A stretch of DNA of 64,000 nt from Podarcis cretensis. Its lineage: Eukaryota. The stretch covers positions 42,842,001 through 42,906,000 of the forward strand of contig OX638164.1 of assembly GCA_951804945.1 (NCBI GenBank), given 5' to 3'. The first letter of the stretch is position 1, and every line of letters starts with the position of its first letter. Below, in pieces: positions 10,279 through 23,356 of the stretch. The notes beneath the pieces were generated by a model. The model was not told the DNA's origin. It worked only from the letters and a program-made list of their open reading frames with translations, and did no database searches. Made by a program: the position numbers and the translations under genes.

Positions 10279-12872
10279 GGAATAGGGTGTCCCTATTTTC
10301 ATGAAAGAAATGTTTGAGGGTATGTACAATTCCTTCTGAGAGCACATACCCTGCAAGTGTGCCGGTTTTCCAGGGACAGTCCTGGAATTACAGAAGCTGT
10401 CCCAGTTTCTGATTTTCCTTTTTCCTCCCCTCCACGTCTTGGAGAATAATTAGAAGTGTGTGCATGTTTGTAGGTGCAAAAACAGAGACCTGTTTCTACT
10501 GAAAATAAAATACCTGCACCAAATGCAGGAAGCAGTGAATCTGGCACATGAAGCTCTTCCTATAATTTTGAAGGAAAGGTCATCAGTCCATTTTCAATTC
10601 TTTAATTGCAATGCTTTAGCAGCCAGCCATTTTTAAGGAAACACATGGAGTGTTGATTCCTTTTTTGTAAATGGAACCTTACACTGTCAACACAGAAGTA
10701 AGTCCTACTATAATCAGTGGAGCTTACTCCCTGGTATGTTCCTGATCATTCTCACAGTTTTCATCATCATCATCATCATTATTTATTATTATTATTTCTG
10801 ACAATTACTATATCCCACCTTTCCCCTGACAGGGACTCAAGGCAGTTTACAGCTAGAATTTTATTTCATTCTATTTATATGTGGAAGGTGTTGTACATGA
10901 TCCCTTCCCTCACACATTTTTTCTTGACAACACTCCTGTGAGGTAGGTTTGGTGGAGAGGCTGTAATTGGCTCAAGGTGACTGATGTAGATGTGTATATG
11001 ACATCTAGGTGTTTGGCAAGATCAAACGCAGGGGAAACTTCCTGGCGTGGAATAGGATGTCCCTCGTTTCATGGGAGAGATCTTGGAGGGCATGAGAGCA
11101 TCAAAACATCAAGTCCTCTTGCTCCTTGGGGACTTGTGGAAAGTGCATTCAAAATCTGTGGTAGCAATTGAGCCTTGCACACCAGCCACGCTAAGCTGTG
11201 GACAGCTGAACTTTTAGAAGTTTAAGAAGGAAAACAATTAGAGGAGCAAACGCAGCCTGTAGCCATTAGACTGCCTCACAAGTACTTTTTATTGTGCTTG
11301 TGCGTGGATTTCACATTTAAAACCTGCCCAGAAATGGGACAGAGCAGACTTCAGGCTATATATACACCATACATTTAAAGTACGTGAGTCCCCCCCGACC
11401 CAATCCAAGAATGCTGGGAACTGTAGTTTGTTAAGGGTGCTGTGAATTATAGCTCTGTGATGAGTAAACTGTTTTTGTTCCTTACTCCTACTTTCTGGGG
11501 TTCTTGACAGAGCACTGAAGCAAGGCCTGCACCTTTCTTTTATTTTCTTTTATTGTAGGTTTGTTTGTCTTACACAGAAGACACAGCTTCCTGTGATGGC
11601 AGTAAACATGCATCTCTTCTGTGATGCAGTCCTCTTCACACATAACTTCTCTTCTCACGAAAATCAAGCATATTTGAGGGAAGCCCCCCCCCCCACCAGC
11701 CTTCTCTGACATGCAGAAGCAGGAGCTGCTACCTACCGTTTGAAGTGGTGCAATCAGAATCAGTGTTAGTGACTTATAAAAAGGCAGGTTGCTCAAAATC
11801 ACACAATTTATGCACCATAAAAAGACCAAATCCAGCCTGTAAGCAAATAATATGCTTAGTTGCTTCCTTTAGCATAGTTTATAATCCAGTTGTTTGCATA
11901 TTTCCTTGGAAGTAGGTCTTGTTTTATTAAGTGATGCTTACTCATGTGTATATGTTTCCAGGCTAATGAGTCAATCTTCTGTATCCCCACTCAGAAGTCC
12001 AAGTGAGTTCAGTTAGGCTTCAGATAAGTTTTGCTTTTCAGAGCAATCCTATACATCTTCAGCCAAAAGCCAATCCTTTTCCACACTGTGTTCCATGAGA
12101 CCTATTCCAAATAAGTGTGTTTGCTTAGAATTAACCTTAATCTGCCTTAATCAAGAGATGTTGGCACTAATCCATGCTAGAGTCACCTCAAAGAAGTTGT
12201 TTGTTTTATTCCTTCTGTTCCTTTCTCCAAAGAATAAATTGAGACAATAAGCTGTATAAGCTTCCCAGATAAAGGCATTTTTTTACTTTTCTACTATTGT
12301 TGGAATTGACTCTCTTGTTGACAGCCACACAAAATGTTATGCATATCAGCAAGAAGTCTGACTGAACAATTTATATGTTAAAACCTACTTTGGAGTTCTG
12401 GATTTCACAAGTATATCAGCAAGTGTCAGAGCTGTGTGTTAGCCTTTCACACAGTTAGATGTGCCACTTATGAGCACAAGAACAATTCCCATATCTGACG
12501 AACATTCACTAACTGTGCAATCCTATAGGTGGGACACTTGGAAGTAAGCCCTGTAAAGTTCAACAGGTCTCTCTGAGTTCAGTGGGACTTACTTATGACT
12601 AGGCATATAACTGTGTTGTAAACCCCTAAGAAGCTTGATTGATATCAGAAAGCTGATATGTTGTGGGAGGGACATTTAGACTGTATGCACACTAACCCAT
12701 TTGTTACACAAATGTTTCTTCTAGGGCTGCTGGTTGAGTCAGGTTTCTTAGTTGCTTAGTCCTCTGCCTTGCATTTTAACCCATCAATTGTATATTAGTG
12801 TGCATACTGCTAAAATCTCAACAGAAGTGCCTTTGTGAGATATTGAAGGAAGTGTGAGATAAGTTATGATTG

Positions 12873-12878
12873 AATAAA
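12873..12878 (+). terminator. Candidate distal poly(A) signal of NKX3-1 (proximal candidate at 8509-8514)
   Basis: AATAAA followed by GT/T-rich sequence. Not verifiable without RNA data. Confidence 0.35.
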
Positions 12879-13643
12879 TGTTGCTGTTTGCTGGAAGGAA
12901 AAGCTATCTTGAGTATTTTCTGTTTAATTTCTCATTGCAGTCATGCAACAGAACCAAAATCACCTCAAGAAATACAGAGAGATGGAGCGGGAGAGGGAGA
13001 CAGATGTGTGCCCTTAAATCCCAGCCTCACCAGTTAAAATACATATCCAATCATCAGTGAAACCAGGGACTTTCAGATTTTTTTTCCTGAGAAACATTGA
13101 GGTTCCTTGAAAGCTTCTCTAGAGCAGGAATGGAAGGATCTATCAATTTTGGTGGGTGTGGTTTGGAGAAAGTTGCCTGGGAGGCCAAAGTGGAGGTTGC
13201 TCCTCCCTGGTTTAAGACTTGCTCCTTTGTTGGGGACACATGATGCTCCCAACATTCTTGGACTCCAGCTCCCACCAGCCCCAGCCAGCATTGCTCATGG
13301 TCAGAGATTATGGGAGTTGTAGTCCACCAACATCTGGCTAGCAACACATTCCCCACATCTGATCTAAAGGCAAGGGGGCATTATTAGACAGTCTAAAATT
13401 GCTTCATTGTACCACCAATGGGCATTTTTGTGTTCTGCTTGTTAGTATCAAAAAGCCATTTGGCTGGGTACTATTCGTACTATCTCTCATTCACTGTGAA
13501 ATCATTGGCATGGCACCAAACTATGTGGGGGCCCACAGCACAGTGCTGCCAGTGACCCCCTCCCACAGCACACACAAGACTGGGTCCCCTTCAAAAGCGG
13601 CACAGCTACCCAGCCTCTGCTAAAACATCTGTCTGGGCCAAGG

Positions 13644-13670
13644 CAGCAGCAGCAGCAGCAGCAGCAGCAG
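13644..13670. repeat. (CAG)9 microsatellite, noncoding
   Basis: Directly visible. Confidence 0.9.
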
Positions 13671-14379
13671 AGCTGGTACAGGTCAGTGAGGGTCTCTTCT
13701 GAGGGTCCCTCAGTCAGTGCCCAACTTGGCCGACTGTTGACACCAGTCCTGCTGGCAGCACTTCTTGTGATACTCGACAGTCATTGAGGCTGATTGCAAT
13801 ACAGACTTGGGATGGCCTCATGCTTGGAGCAGGTCCAGAACTAAGAGTAAAGAAGACGCTTTGTGTGAACAGGGCCTATAAAAAATAACAATTGCTTGTT
13901 TTCTAACCGTTCAGAATGTAGCTTATCCTATCTGCAGGAAACCTTTTCCCAGCTCTTTTATCTTGTTATTAGAGCCTATATATTCTGGATGATGCAGCCC
14001 CCGCTCTTCACCAGCACGAAGAGCAGAAGGTCATCGCCAAACAGTTAGAACAATGTTTCGAAGCCCAGCCTGCTGCTTATCCACTTTGGAGAAGGTGATT
14101 GCGCAATGCAGAGCCAGAGATTGATTTCCAGTCTCTCTGCCTTTCATCAACACAAGATCAGGCTATTAGGACATAAATCTATTGGGATGGAGGACTTATT
14201 TCAACATTGCTCTCTATCTCTAATGGTGGTTGCACCATCGCTCTCAAAGGATTGCTCTCTGCTGCCAGGACATCCGTCCATTTAGCTCAGGAATGTCTAT
14301 ATTGACAGGTGGTGACTCTGTGGTTCCAGACAGGAATACTTCCCAGCCCTAACTGCAGTTGGCAAGGATTTCACCTGGT

Positions 14380-15040
14380 GCTGTAGCTCAGTGGTAGAGC
14401 AATTGCTTTGCATGCGGAAGGTCCCAGGTTCATCTCCAGATCAGAGTGGGACAGTCCCCTGCCTGAGACCCTGAGGAACTACCATCAAGGCAGATACTAC
14501 TGAGCTAGAAGCAGCTTCCTATATTAAGCATACAGAGCATGTGCTCTGCCAGTGACCTACAGCCTCTCCCCGATAACTACGTATATCATCTGCCAAATCA
14601 CCAAGTCCAGCTCCCTCAAGCATGAAAAGCATACAAAAGTCCTCAATGCCTTTTGATGCTTTCGGTGGCACATTGACAGCACAGAAAAGATGGAATGTCA
14701 ACTCTTTATTGCTTTATATCAGCACTTGCCACTTTTCACAGGTGATGGGGCGCATTTGGGAAGGGCCATAACTCAGTGGTAGAGCATATGCTTTGCATGC
14801 AGAAAGTCCCAAGCTGAATCCCCAGCATTTCCAAAAGGGTTCAGAACACCCCAGTCTGAAACCGTGGAGAGCTCCTGCCAGTGTAGACCATACTGAGCTA
14901 AATGGGCTGATGTTCTTGTTCAGTACAAGGCAGCAGCCTTAATTCCTATGGAGAAGGCCTGTAGCTCAGCATTCCCCAACATCTTCCAGCAGAGCTGGGA
15001 ATACCCTTTGTCTGGAACCCAGGAGGGCTGCTACAAGTCA
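14380..15040 (+). mobile_element. Three same-orientation tRNA-derived SINEs (Squam2-like) at about 14380-14520, 14763-14946 and 14957-15040
   Basis: Heads 'gtagctcagtggtagagca..tgctttgcatgc.gaaggtcccaggttc' and shared body 'tactgagctaga...gcagcttcct'. Other copies at about 9112-9232 and 62955-63631. Confidence 0.7.
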
Positions 15041-15149
15041 TCATTATTCCATTTCTTAAGAGACAATGGAGTGTACCTCCAGGGGTGAAGTCAAACAGCT
15101 GTGCTAGCAGCACCAAAGTGAGAAGTCTGGGCAGTGTGTCTGGAGGTCC

Positions 15150-15420
15150 TGGGATGCCCAGGTGAGAAGACGTCCTTCTCTGCCTCGCTGGTGTGGTCCA
15201 AAGGAAAGCAGAGCAATACATTTAGCACCAGCTTGGCTGCAGGAATCATACAAGGTGCCATCCAACCATCTTAGGGACTCCACTCCAAATTTGTGTAGGG
15301 TTTACTCCTTAGCTTTTTCTTCTCCCGAATACATCCCGCAAGACAGCTCAGGTTTAGGATCAGAGTCTTCCTTCTCTTAAATGGGCTCCCTTCCCAGGTG
15401 ATGGAGCCCCACCTGCCCAC
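15150..15420 (-). mobile_element. RTE-related short element (5'-region-like)
   Basis: Homologous to 24040-24200 and to the reverse complement of 58633-58821. The motif 'gggctc..caacctgg..ag..gaagaa.aaactctg' resembles RTE 5' regions. Confidence 0.5.
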
Positions 15421-16981
15421 TGCAAGGTACTGTAAGCAACACTCAATGAAATACAGCAATCTGATTAGTTGTGAGGCAGCTTCCTATGCTCCTGCTTATC
15501 TTACTTAAAATGTTCCCATGCTGCTCTTCATTTAAATGATCCCAGAGCAGTTCACAGCACATGAACATAATGCAATAAAATCCACATAATTGTAGACTAG
15601 TTTCTTCACACTCACACATCTCTCACTATCCTCCATCCAGGCTAGCAAGAAGCCTTATCATAGTTCAAGGAGACTTTCCAGCTAGGCAGAAAACTGTATG
15701 TAGGAAGATACAAAGCAGGACCTGTGAGGGGTTGGGCCCTGGGGAGAGTCCCACGGGCCAGGAAGAGAGGCCTGGGGAACCACATTTGGCCCAGGTGCTT
15801 GACATTCCCCATCCTAGCTTTGCATGTTTACCTCTGTAGGCCAGCCAAATGCGCAGTTAGCAGGAAGGCATTTCCACAGCAGGGGTTGGCAGCTGCAGGT
15901 ATGACAGCCGTGTGCAGCATGGCAAGGGGGCACATGGCCTTGTGAAGCCCCGCACATATTTTTTTCAATGCATGAAAGGCAAAGTCATGTAAACTATAAT
16001 AGGCTGTTCCTGAAACTTCCTACCAATTGGTAAGGAGAAGTGAAACAGTATTTTAATCACAAAAGACAAGGTCAAAAATTGTTTTTTGTAGGGAGAGTAA
16101 CAAAAAGGGCTTTATGCTTTGATAACCAAATCCAAGCGTGTTAATGAAGGATCTAAAATCACAACAATGTAAAATGGAAATGATACACTTCCTCTTGATG
16201 AATGGGCAAGAGGAAGACCCACCCCAGCTTATGGAGACATTAACGTTTTCTCCAGCATTAACACAACAGACTCTTGTTTGCAAGCTACTGGAAAAAGGAG
16301 GCATCATTCAATGTCTGTCAGCGTGCGTCACACTCCACCGCTAACATCTCTATCCAGATGAAATGGTGTCGAAGGCTGACATAACATTTACACTTGTTCA
16401 TGCCAAATTGTTTTATTTCACGCTACAGAAAAAGGAGCTGCTTTTGGATAACATTGGACTGACATTTGCATGCACACTTGGCAGGCAGGCTGAGTCAGAG
16501 TGCCAAGAGAAAGTGTCTACTTAACAGAAGGAACGCTTGCAGAGCAGAGGGATGTGGGAACCCATTAACACCAGCAGGCTAACGTGGTTCATTTGCCTTA
16601 GGGCTGGTTTTGGGTTCAAGGTGGGCTCTAGGCAAGTGTTGTCTGCTGACTACTCCCAAGATCTTCATCACCATCATCATTATTTACTTGTACCCCACTC
16701 ATCTGACTAGGTTGGCCCAGCCACTTTGGGCAGCTTCCACAGGATGTAAAAGAACACATGGTGCATCAGACATTAAAAGCTTCCAGATACAGATTCAGAT
16801 GTCTATGGAAGGTCATATAATTGGTTATCTCTTTGACATCAGATGGGAGGGTGTTGCACAAAGTGAGAGGGCATTCTACTGGTGTCCTCCTGACATCAGT
16901 GCCCCATCACAGGCATACAGGAGCTCTGGAATCTGACACACACCATTTTAGATCTACCACAATGCCAATTGGTCCTGGTTT

Positions 16982-17180
16982 TCATAGAATCATAGAATCA
17001 TAGAGTTGGAAGAGACCACAAGGGCCATCGAGTCCAACCCCCTGCCAAGCAGGAAACACCATCAGAGCACTCCTGACATATGGTTGTCAAGCCTCTGCTT
17101 AAAGACCTCCAAAGAAGGAGACTCCACCACACTCCTTGGCAGCAAATTCCACTGTCGAACAGCTCTTACTGTCAGGAAGT
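16982..17180 (-). mobile_element. CR1 LINE 3' fragment
   Basis: (catagaat)n tail. Minus-strand peptide 'NFLTVRAVRQWNLLPRSVVESPSLEVFKQRLDNHMSGVL'. Confidence 0.92.
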
Positions 17181-18954
17181 TTTGTCCCCACCCTCCTCTC
17201 TGCTGAGTTCTACAAGGGCCAATACTGAGACTAAGGAGGAAGAAGCTGACCACCTGCTAGGCTGGTTGTAAGGAATAAGAGAGGAAGGTGAAAGCTGGCT
17301 GAGAGCAGACTGAAGTTAGTGGAGCAGTGCCCCATTTTCCCTAATGGGCCAGCCTCCATTGTCTAACAATGAAGTGTTTTGAACCTTTCTGTGACCTCAT
17401 AGTAGCTCAGCCAATGGCCTGGTGAATGAAAGCTCCCTGTATAGAAATACTAATGAAGGTAAATGAGGAGTGTGGGGGTGTCCAGGGGACACTGTTTTGA
17501 TTTTTGTAAGGAAAGAGTGGGATGTAACAACTATCATCATCATCATCATCATCATCAATGGAAGAGTGTACACCACAGAAATAATCAGGGCCACCTATAG
17601 ACCAAACAGCAAAACAGAGTAAGAGCATTTCTTCAACTTTTGAATACTTGCAGACCATTTCACAATCTGCTGCATGAATTATCCCCATCAGATAAGACAA
17701 CAAAATTACAGACTAGGTTCAAAAAATTCTATATTTATTCATGCAAATTGAACTGTTTATACCATTTGTTTTGGCTGTTGCTGAGACAGTTAACTTATGA
17801 AACATATCTTTGAGCTCAGTGTTGCCTCCCTCACCTCCCAGCCTGGTGCTGGAAGCAGTTTCCTGAGTCATCTGCCTCTAAATCTGGCCCTATTGACAAC
17901 CCCTTCAGATGGATTGATATTTTTGGAATAAGCCTCCCTCATAATCTAGAACATGGGTTCTCAGATATTTGGAGCCTGGAGTCACATTTGCAAATCTAAG
18001 AAACTGTTGTGGGCACCACAAAACACCCATTTCACAGATGAAAAACAGGTCATGCTCAGAACACACACACACACCCCCCTCCCAAATAAAGCTGGCAACA
18101 CACAACATATACATACAACAGGCAATCTCCCAACCAAACAGCAAAATGTAACAACAACAATAACAAAACCACACCAACAATTTTAAAGTATTAAAAATGG
18201 TATGGCAAGGAGGCCTTGGCAGGCACCAAGGAGGAGATGGTGGTACCCATGGATGCCATGATGAGAACCCCAGATCCATCATCCCTTGCAGCAATTTGAT
18301 GGATTCAAAAATCAAGGAAAACTTTTGTAATTTTGGCAGATTATGAGCTAAGCCCCCAGGATAGTAGCGTTGCTCACTACTCTGACCTCTGACCAGCTAA
18401 GAGCCACCTGCTGTTTAAGTGGATTGTTGGGTGAAGGCCACACCTTGCACCATCCAGCCCTGAAGTGCTGGAGCAGAGCAGATGCATTGCAAGACTCAGG
18501 GACTCACCTCAGTGCTGACCTCCTGACTATAAAATCAGAAGCAGAGATTAAAGGTGGGACAGGAGGAATACTTTGCAGGATGTATATAAAACACAGATTG
18601 CCAAAGTACTGTTTCCTGTGTTTTGCCATGGTGGAGTGGGGAGGGGGAAATATTTTCAGTCACTCCCAAAAACCCTTGCTGAATTATTTTCTCTGTTCTT
18701 ACGGGGGGGGGGGGGAGAAGAAGCCAAAAACACTCCTGCATTTCTTTAATAAGGGATGCCATGCCACAGAGACAAGCAGAAAAGGATGAATCAGCAAGAA
18801 AAATAAACCAGAAGGCAATTTTTCAAATATATCTGGACATAATCAGCAAACCCAGGAGTTCTTGGATGAGACCCAATGTATAACTGTTAGATATTATAGG
18901 CAGTGGAAGCTGGAGTTGAAAATTAAACTGTTGATACCATAACTGGTTGAAAAT

Positions 18955-19390
18955 GTTGAAAATGATCAAAGGGATGGAGCAACTTCTCTTTGGGACTTTT
19001 CATCATCATCATCATTTATTACCCCGCCCATCTGACTGGTTCTCCCCAGCCACTCTGGGCGGCTTCCAACCAAATATCAAAAACAATACAACAATTTCAG
19101 TGTAGAGCAAAAGCAAGTAAGTAGCAACATGACAGAGGTTTATAGAATTCTGTAAAAGAGGGAAAAGTGGGTAGTGAAAAGTTCTTTTTCCTTGCTCAGA
19201 ACACTAGAACTCAGGGCCTTCCAATGAAGCTGAATGTTGGAAGATTCAGGACCAATAAAAGAAAATATTTCTTCATGCAGCACGTAGCTAAAGTATGGAA
19301 TTCATTACCACCAGAGACAGGTTGAGTGGCTTTAAAAGAGGACTGGACAAGTTCATGGAGGATAATCCTATCAGTGGTTACTAACCTCGA
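18955..19390 (+). mobile_element. Older CR1 fragment interrupted by a short L2 tail (about 19010-19080)
   Basis: 'atgatcaaagggatggagcaact...aagattcaggac..taaaagaaaatatttcttca...tttaaaagaggactggacaagttcatggagga'. Confidence 0.7.
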
Positions 19391-20289
19391 TAGCTATGTT
19401 CTACCTCCACTGAAATCACAGTCAGGCACAGGGCTATTGTCTTGCTTGCCAGCTTCCCTTTGGCACCTGGTTGGCCACTGTGAGAATAGGATACTGGACT
19501 AGATGGCCACTGCCTTGATCCAGGAGGCTCTTCTTCTGTTCTTGTGTGATGCCCAGAACTAGACACACAGTGTGCTTTGTTTGAGAGGCATGGATTGTGT
19601 TTTCAACTAGAGGACACAGAAGCATTGTAAGATACTCTACTGAAGGAGTTACCAGATAAGTTGATTGTGTCATCTGAGCCTAAGCTGTAATAAAAAAAGT
19701 TACATAGAGCTGGAACACATTTTTCATCTAATGCAGTTAAATTTTGTACCCTTTGCATCTCTTGGTTGTATCCATTGGCAGTTCTTCTGCCACACAGATA
19801 GCATTATTGAATATTTGCAACACTTTCTGTTTTTGCTGGTCTTGTAAACCGTTCTTCTCTGAGACGCCAAAAGTAAGCTACTTTCCCACCTTGGCAAAGT
19901 ATTGGGGAGATGCATCAATCAAATGGTCAGTAAACGCTAACAAAGACAACCTTGACTGACCCTGAAACAAACAAGGTATTGCTCTTATTGAGGGGGAAAT
20001 TCCATTTGAAAGTGGAATGACATCACAGCCTCCCCACTGGGTATTCTGTATCTAGATACCAAGAGATTTAAGGCTCCAAACCTTTACCAGCTTTGCTGTG
20101 AGTAAGCCCATTGAACTCTATGAAATTTACTCATATGTACACAAGTACTCCATTAGTTAAATACTCAGACATCAGAGGTTTTGTCAGCATGATTAGCTAG
20201 TGACACCAAACCTAATGGAATCTGTAATCTTTAGCTGGTTAAAATTATAGGTGGAGACTTGTATTCAATGTTTGTTGTTGTTGTTGTTC

Positions 20290-21075
20290 TATTATCTGTA
20301 CCCTACCCATCTGACTGGGCTCCCCCAGCCACTCTGAGCAGCTTCCAACAAATATAAAAGCATAATAAAACATCAAATATTAAAAACTTTTCAATACAGG
20401 ACTACCTTCAGATGTCTTCTAAAAGTTGTATGGGTTTTTTTTTTTATCTTCTTGGCAACTGAAGGGAGGGCATTCCACAGGGAGGGCGCCACTACTGGGA
20501 AGGTCCTCTGCCTGGTTCCCTGTAACCTCACTTCTCGCAGTGAGGGAACAGCCAGAAGGCCCTTAGTGCTGGACCTCAGTGTCCAGGCTGAATGATGGGG
20601 GTGGAGATGCTACTTCAGGTATACTGGGCAGAGGCCGTTTGTGGATTTAAAGGTCAGCACCAACACTTTTAATCGTGCTCAGAAAAGTACTGAGAGCCAG
20701 TGTAGATCCTTTATATGGTCCCAGCTGCTGCTCCCAGTCACCAGTTTAGCTGCCGCATTCTGGATTACCGGTAGTTGTAGATTTTGAGTCACCTTCAAAG
20801 GTAGCCCCAGGTAGAGCACGTTGCAGTAGTCCAAGCAGGAGATAACCAGAGCAAGACAGTTTGAGGGCAGGTTGGGTCTCAGCCGGCATACCAGATGGAG
20901 CTAGTAGACAGCTGCCCTGGACAGCTGTGAGTCCAAAATGACCCCAGGCTGCCACCTGTTCCTTCAGGGACACAGTTACCCATTCAGGACCAGGGAATCA
21001 TCCACACCCACACCTGCCCACCCCCTGTCCCCCAGAAACAGTATTTCTGTCTTGTCAGGATTCCACCTCTGTCCA
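20290..21075 (-). mobile_element. L2-type LINE 3' portion
   Basis: Decayed RT C-terminal region ('WNPDKTEILF', reverse of 'gcagtagtccaagc') plus the same 3' end as 10070-10230. Further copies at about 16676-16860, 28190-28425, 36370-36585 and 59505-59943. Confidence 0.8.
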
Positions 21076-23189
21076 TCAGCTGAGAGATTCAGCAGTACCA
21101 GGAAATAGCTTTCACCTTTGTCCCTAGCCTGCCAAAGTAGGTTAGTTATACTCAGAGCAAGCACACCAAAATTAATGGACATGACTATGGGCTGTATCCA
21201 ATGATAGCCCTACTCGGAGTAGATCCAGTGAAAGTGCAGATTAAATACATGAAAGTGCATTAACCAACATTTGTTCCTTGCTCTTGAATCTTCTCCCTAA
21301 TTGTCCATACAAGATCCACAGGACAGGGACCTTTATCTTGCTTATTTTGCTCTGCCATGTGCCAAGTACACTTGATGATATTGTTACATGCCACACTCAC
21401 CACCACAGTGGTGCCAGATTCCAGGGGTTCCAGATGCTTACCCAGGGTCTATGTTTCCTTTGGAAATGAGGCACAGTGGAGACTGAGGTGTCTGTATGAT
21501 ATAGGGTTGTATTTACACATATATACAACCTTAGTCTAGGTGGACGGAGTGCAGAGCATTCACATGCTAAGAGGGCCTGGCCTTTTCCATAAGGGCAGCT
21601 TTGGATTCAAAGACAGCGCAAAAGCCATGCTCTTTGTCTCTTTGTTACCGCTTGTCCCAGCCAACCCACCAGGTCTTCAGCCCCCTTCTTCACAGAGTCG
21701 AAGGATCTGTGCCCATAACACAGAGCTGGAGGAAGCCTCCCCACTTTGCCTGGCAGTCTTTGCCCTCCTTGATGGGCCATCACTGCCCTTTGTTCTCCCA
21801 ATGACTCCCGTTGAGCAGGCTTGGCTTGTTAGCACAACTAATTCCAGGGGGCTTGGCACCATTTAATCAAACCTTGATTAATTCTATCATTTACTAAATC
21901 CAGGAATTATGGGGAGGATCTGGCACTTAGGAGTTTAAGAGCTCGTTGCCCCCCACCAACTTTATAAACAATGCTCCATCTGGAACCGAATTTAGGACTG
22001 TGTGGGTGCTTCTCCTGCACGGGTTGCTGAGGTGGGGGGGTACCACAGGGCACCATAACTATGACATCGTGCACATGCAGAACAGAAGGTAAGAGGTGAG
22101 GGTGCCAAATTTTGAGCTCACACAGGGCACTGCTGAAATTTGAAAGACCAAGTCTGCCCTTTCCAAATAGACACTTCTAACAACTGCACTTTCTCTCTAA
22201 GCACTGATAACAGTTAAAGTAAGAGGAAGTGCCTGGACAGAGATAAGTTTAAGGAGTTTTTCACTGCCTGGTTGGGCAATCTGGCCAGGTGCTGAAAGAA
22301 CTGGGCAAATGAAATAACCAGGTGAGAGTCTCCTTATTTATTATTTCAATCCTTAGCTGCCTCCTTCTCAAAACACGAAGAAGCAAAGAGACCGCAAGCA
22401 GCTCACTGGGCTGCCTTCCAGACACCCTAGTATATCAAACTTCGCACCAACCATTAGTGTTTCCTTTCCTCCCTGCTGGGTATGTAGTAAACAAACGTGA
22501 GGTTATCAGTATCTGTGAACCAGCATGATAACCCTAATCTTTTTTCTAGTGACTCAGAGGCTACTCATCCAAAGTTTGGTTTATTTAAGGTGTTGCTACA
22601 TAAAAGGGGTGCATTTTATATAGTTTTGTTCCAAAATCATAAGAAGTAAATAATTAAAATATTAGCTGTCTTAAAATTTTGAAACAGAGCTCCAAAACAT
22701 GCCAAGGAATATAAGTAAAGGTAACGGGACCTCTGACCATTAGGTCCAGTCGTGTCCGACTCTGGGGTCGCAGCGCCCACTCAATAAAATAAAGGGTTGA
22801 AGCCACTGCAAGTCCTACTCAGAGTAGATGCTTTGAAGTTAGAGAACATGGCTAACTTAGGTTTATTAAGTTCACTGGGTTTGCTCAGAGAAGAACTTAG
22901 TTGGATGCAACTGGAAATATGCTGCTGTCAATAGCTTAAACTTCTACAAACCCACCAACAGGAACAGAATGTGGTCCTTCATATTTCAGCGGCACCCTGT
23001 GCAAGGCCAAAATCCAGTGCCCACACCTCACCTTTTGCCTTCCATTCCACTCAATTCACTGTATCATGGTTGCAACGCCCTGCCGTGCCCCCTAGGCTCA
23101 GCACCCAGTGCAGCAGAAGCAGTCACGTTGCCCTAAATCTGCCTCTGCCACTAAGACCTGGAGAACCTGCCTTCTCTGTTATAGACCTG

Positions 23190-23356
23190 CATAGAATCAT
23201 AGCATTGAAGAGTGTGGATGGGACCCCAAGGATCATCTAGTGCAACTGCTGCAGTGCAGAAATCCTGCCCACGGCCATCCCTGGGGCGGGGGGTGGGGGG
23301 CGCTGGAGCCACCAACCTTCTGGTTAACAGCCAGGTGCACAGACCCATTGCTCCCC
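23190..23356 (-). mobile_element. tRNA-Asn-headed SINE with CR1 3' tail
   Basis: Reverse complement begins 'gcaatgggt..gtgcacctggctgttaaccagaaggttggtgg' (tRNA-Asn GTT-like) and ends in 'ctatgattctatg'. Partial copy at about 29608-29730. Confidence 0.65.

Noticed and set aside
14380-14430. Possible tRNA genes here and at about 23300, 48950 and 62680
   Set aside because: Degenerate cloverleaves fused to SINE bodies or CR1 tails.
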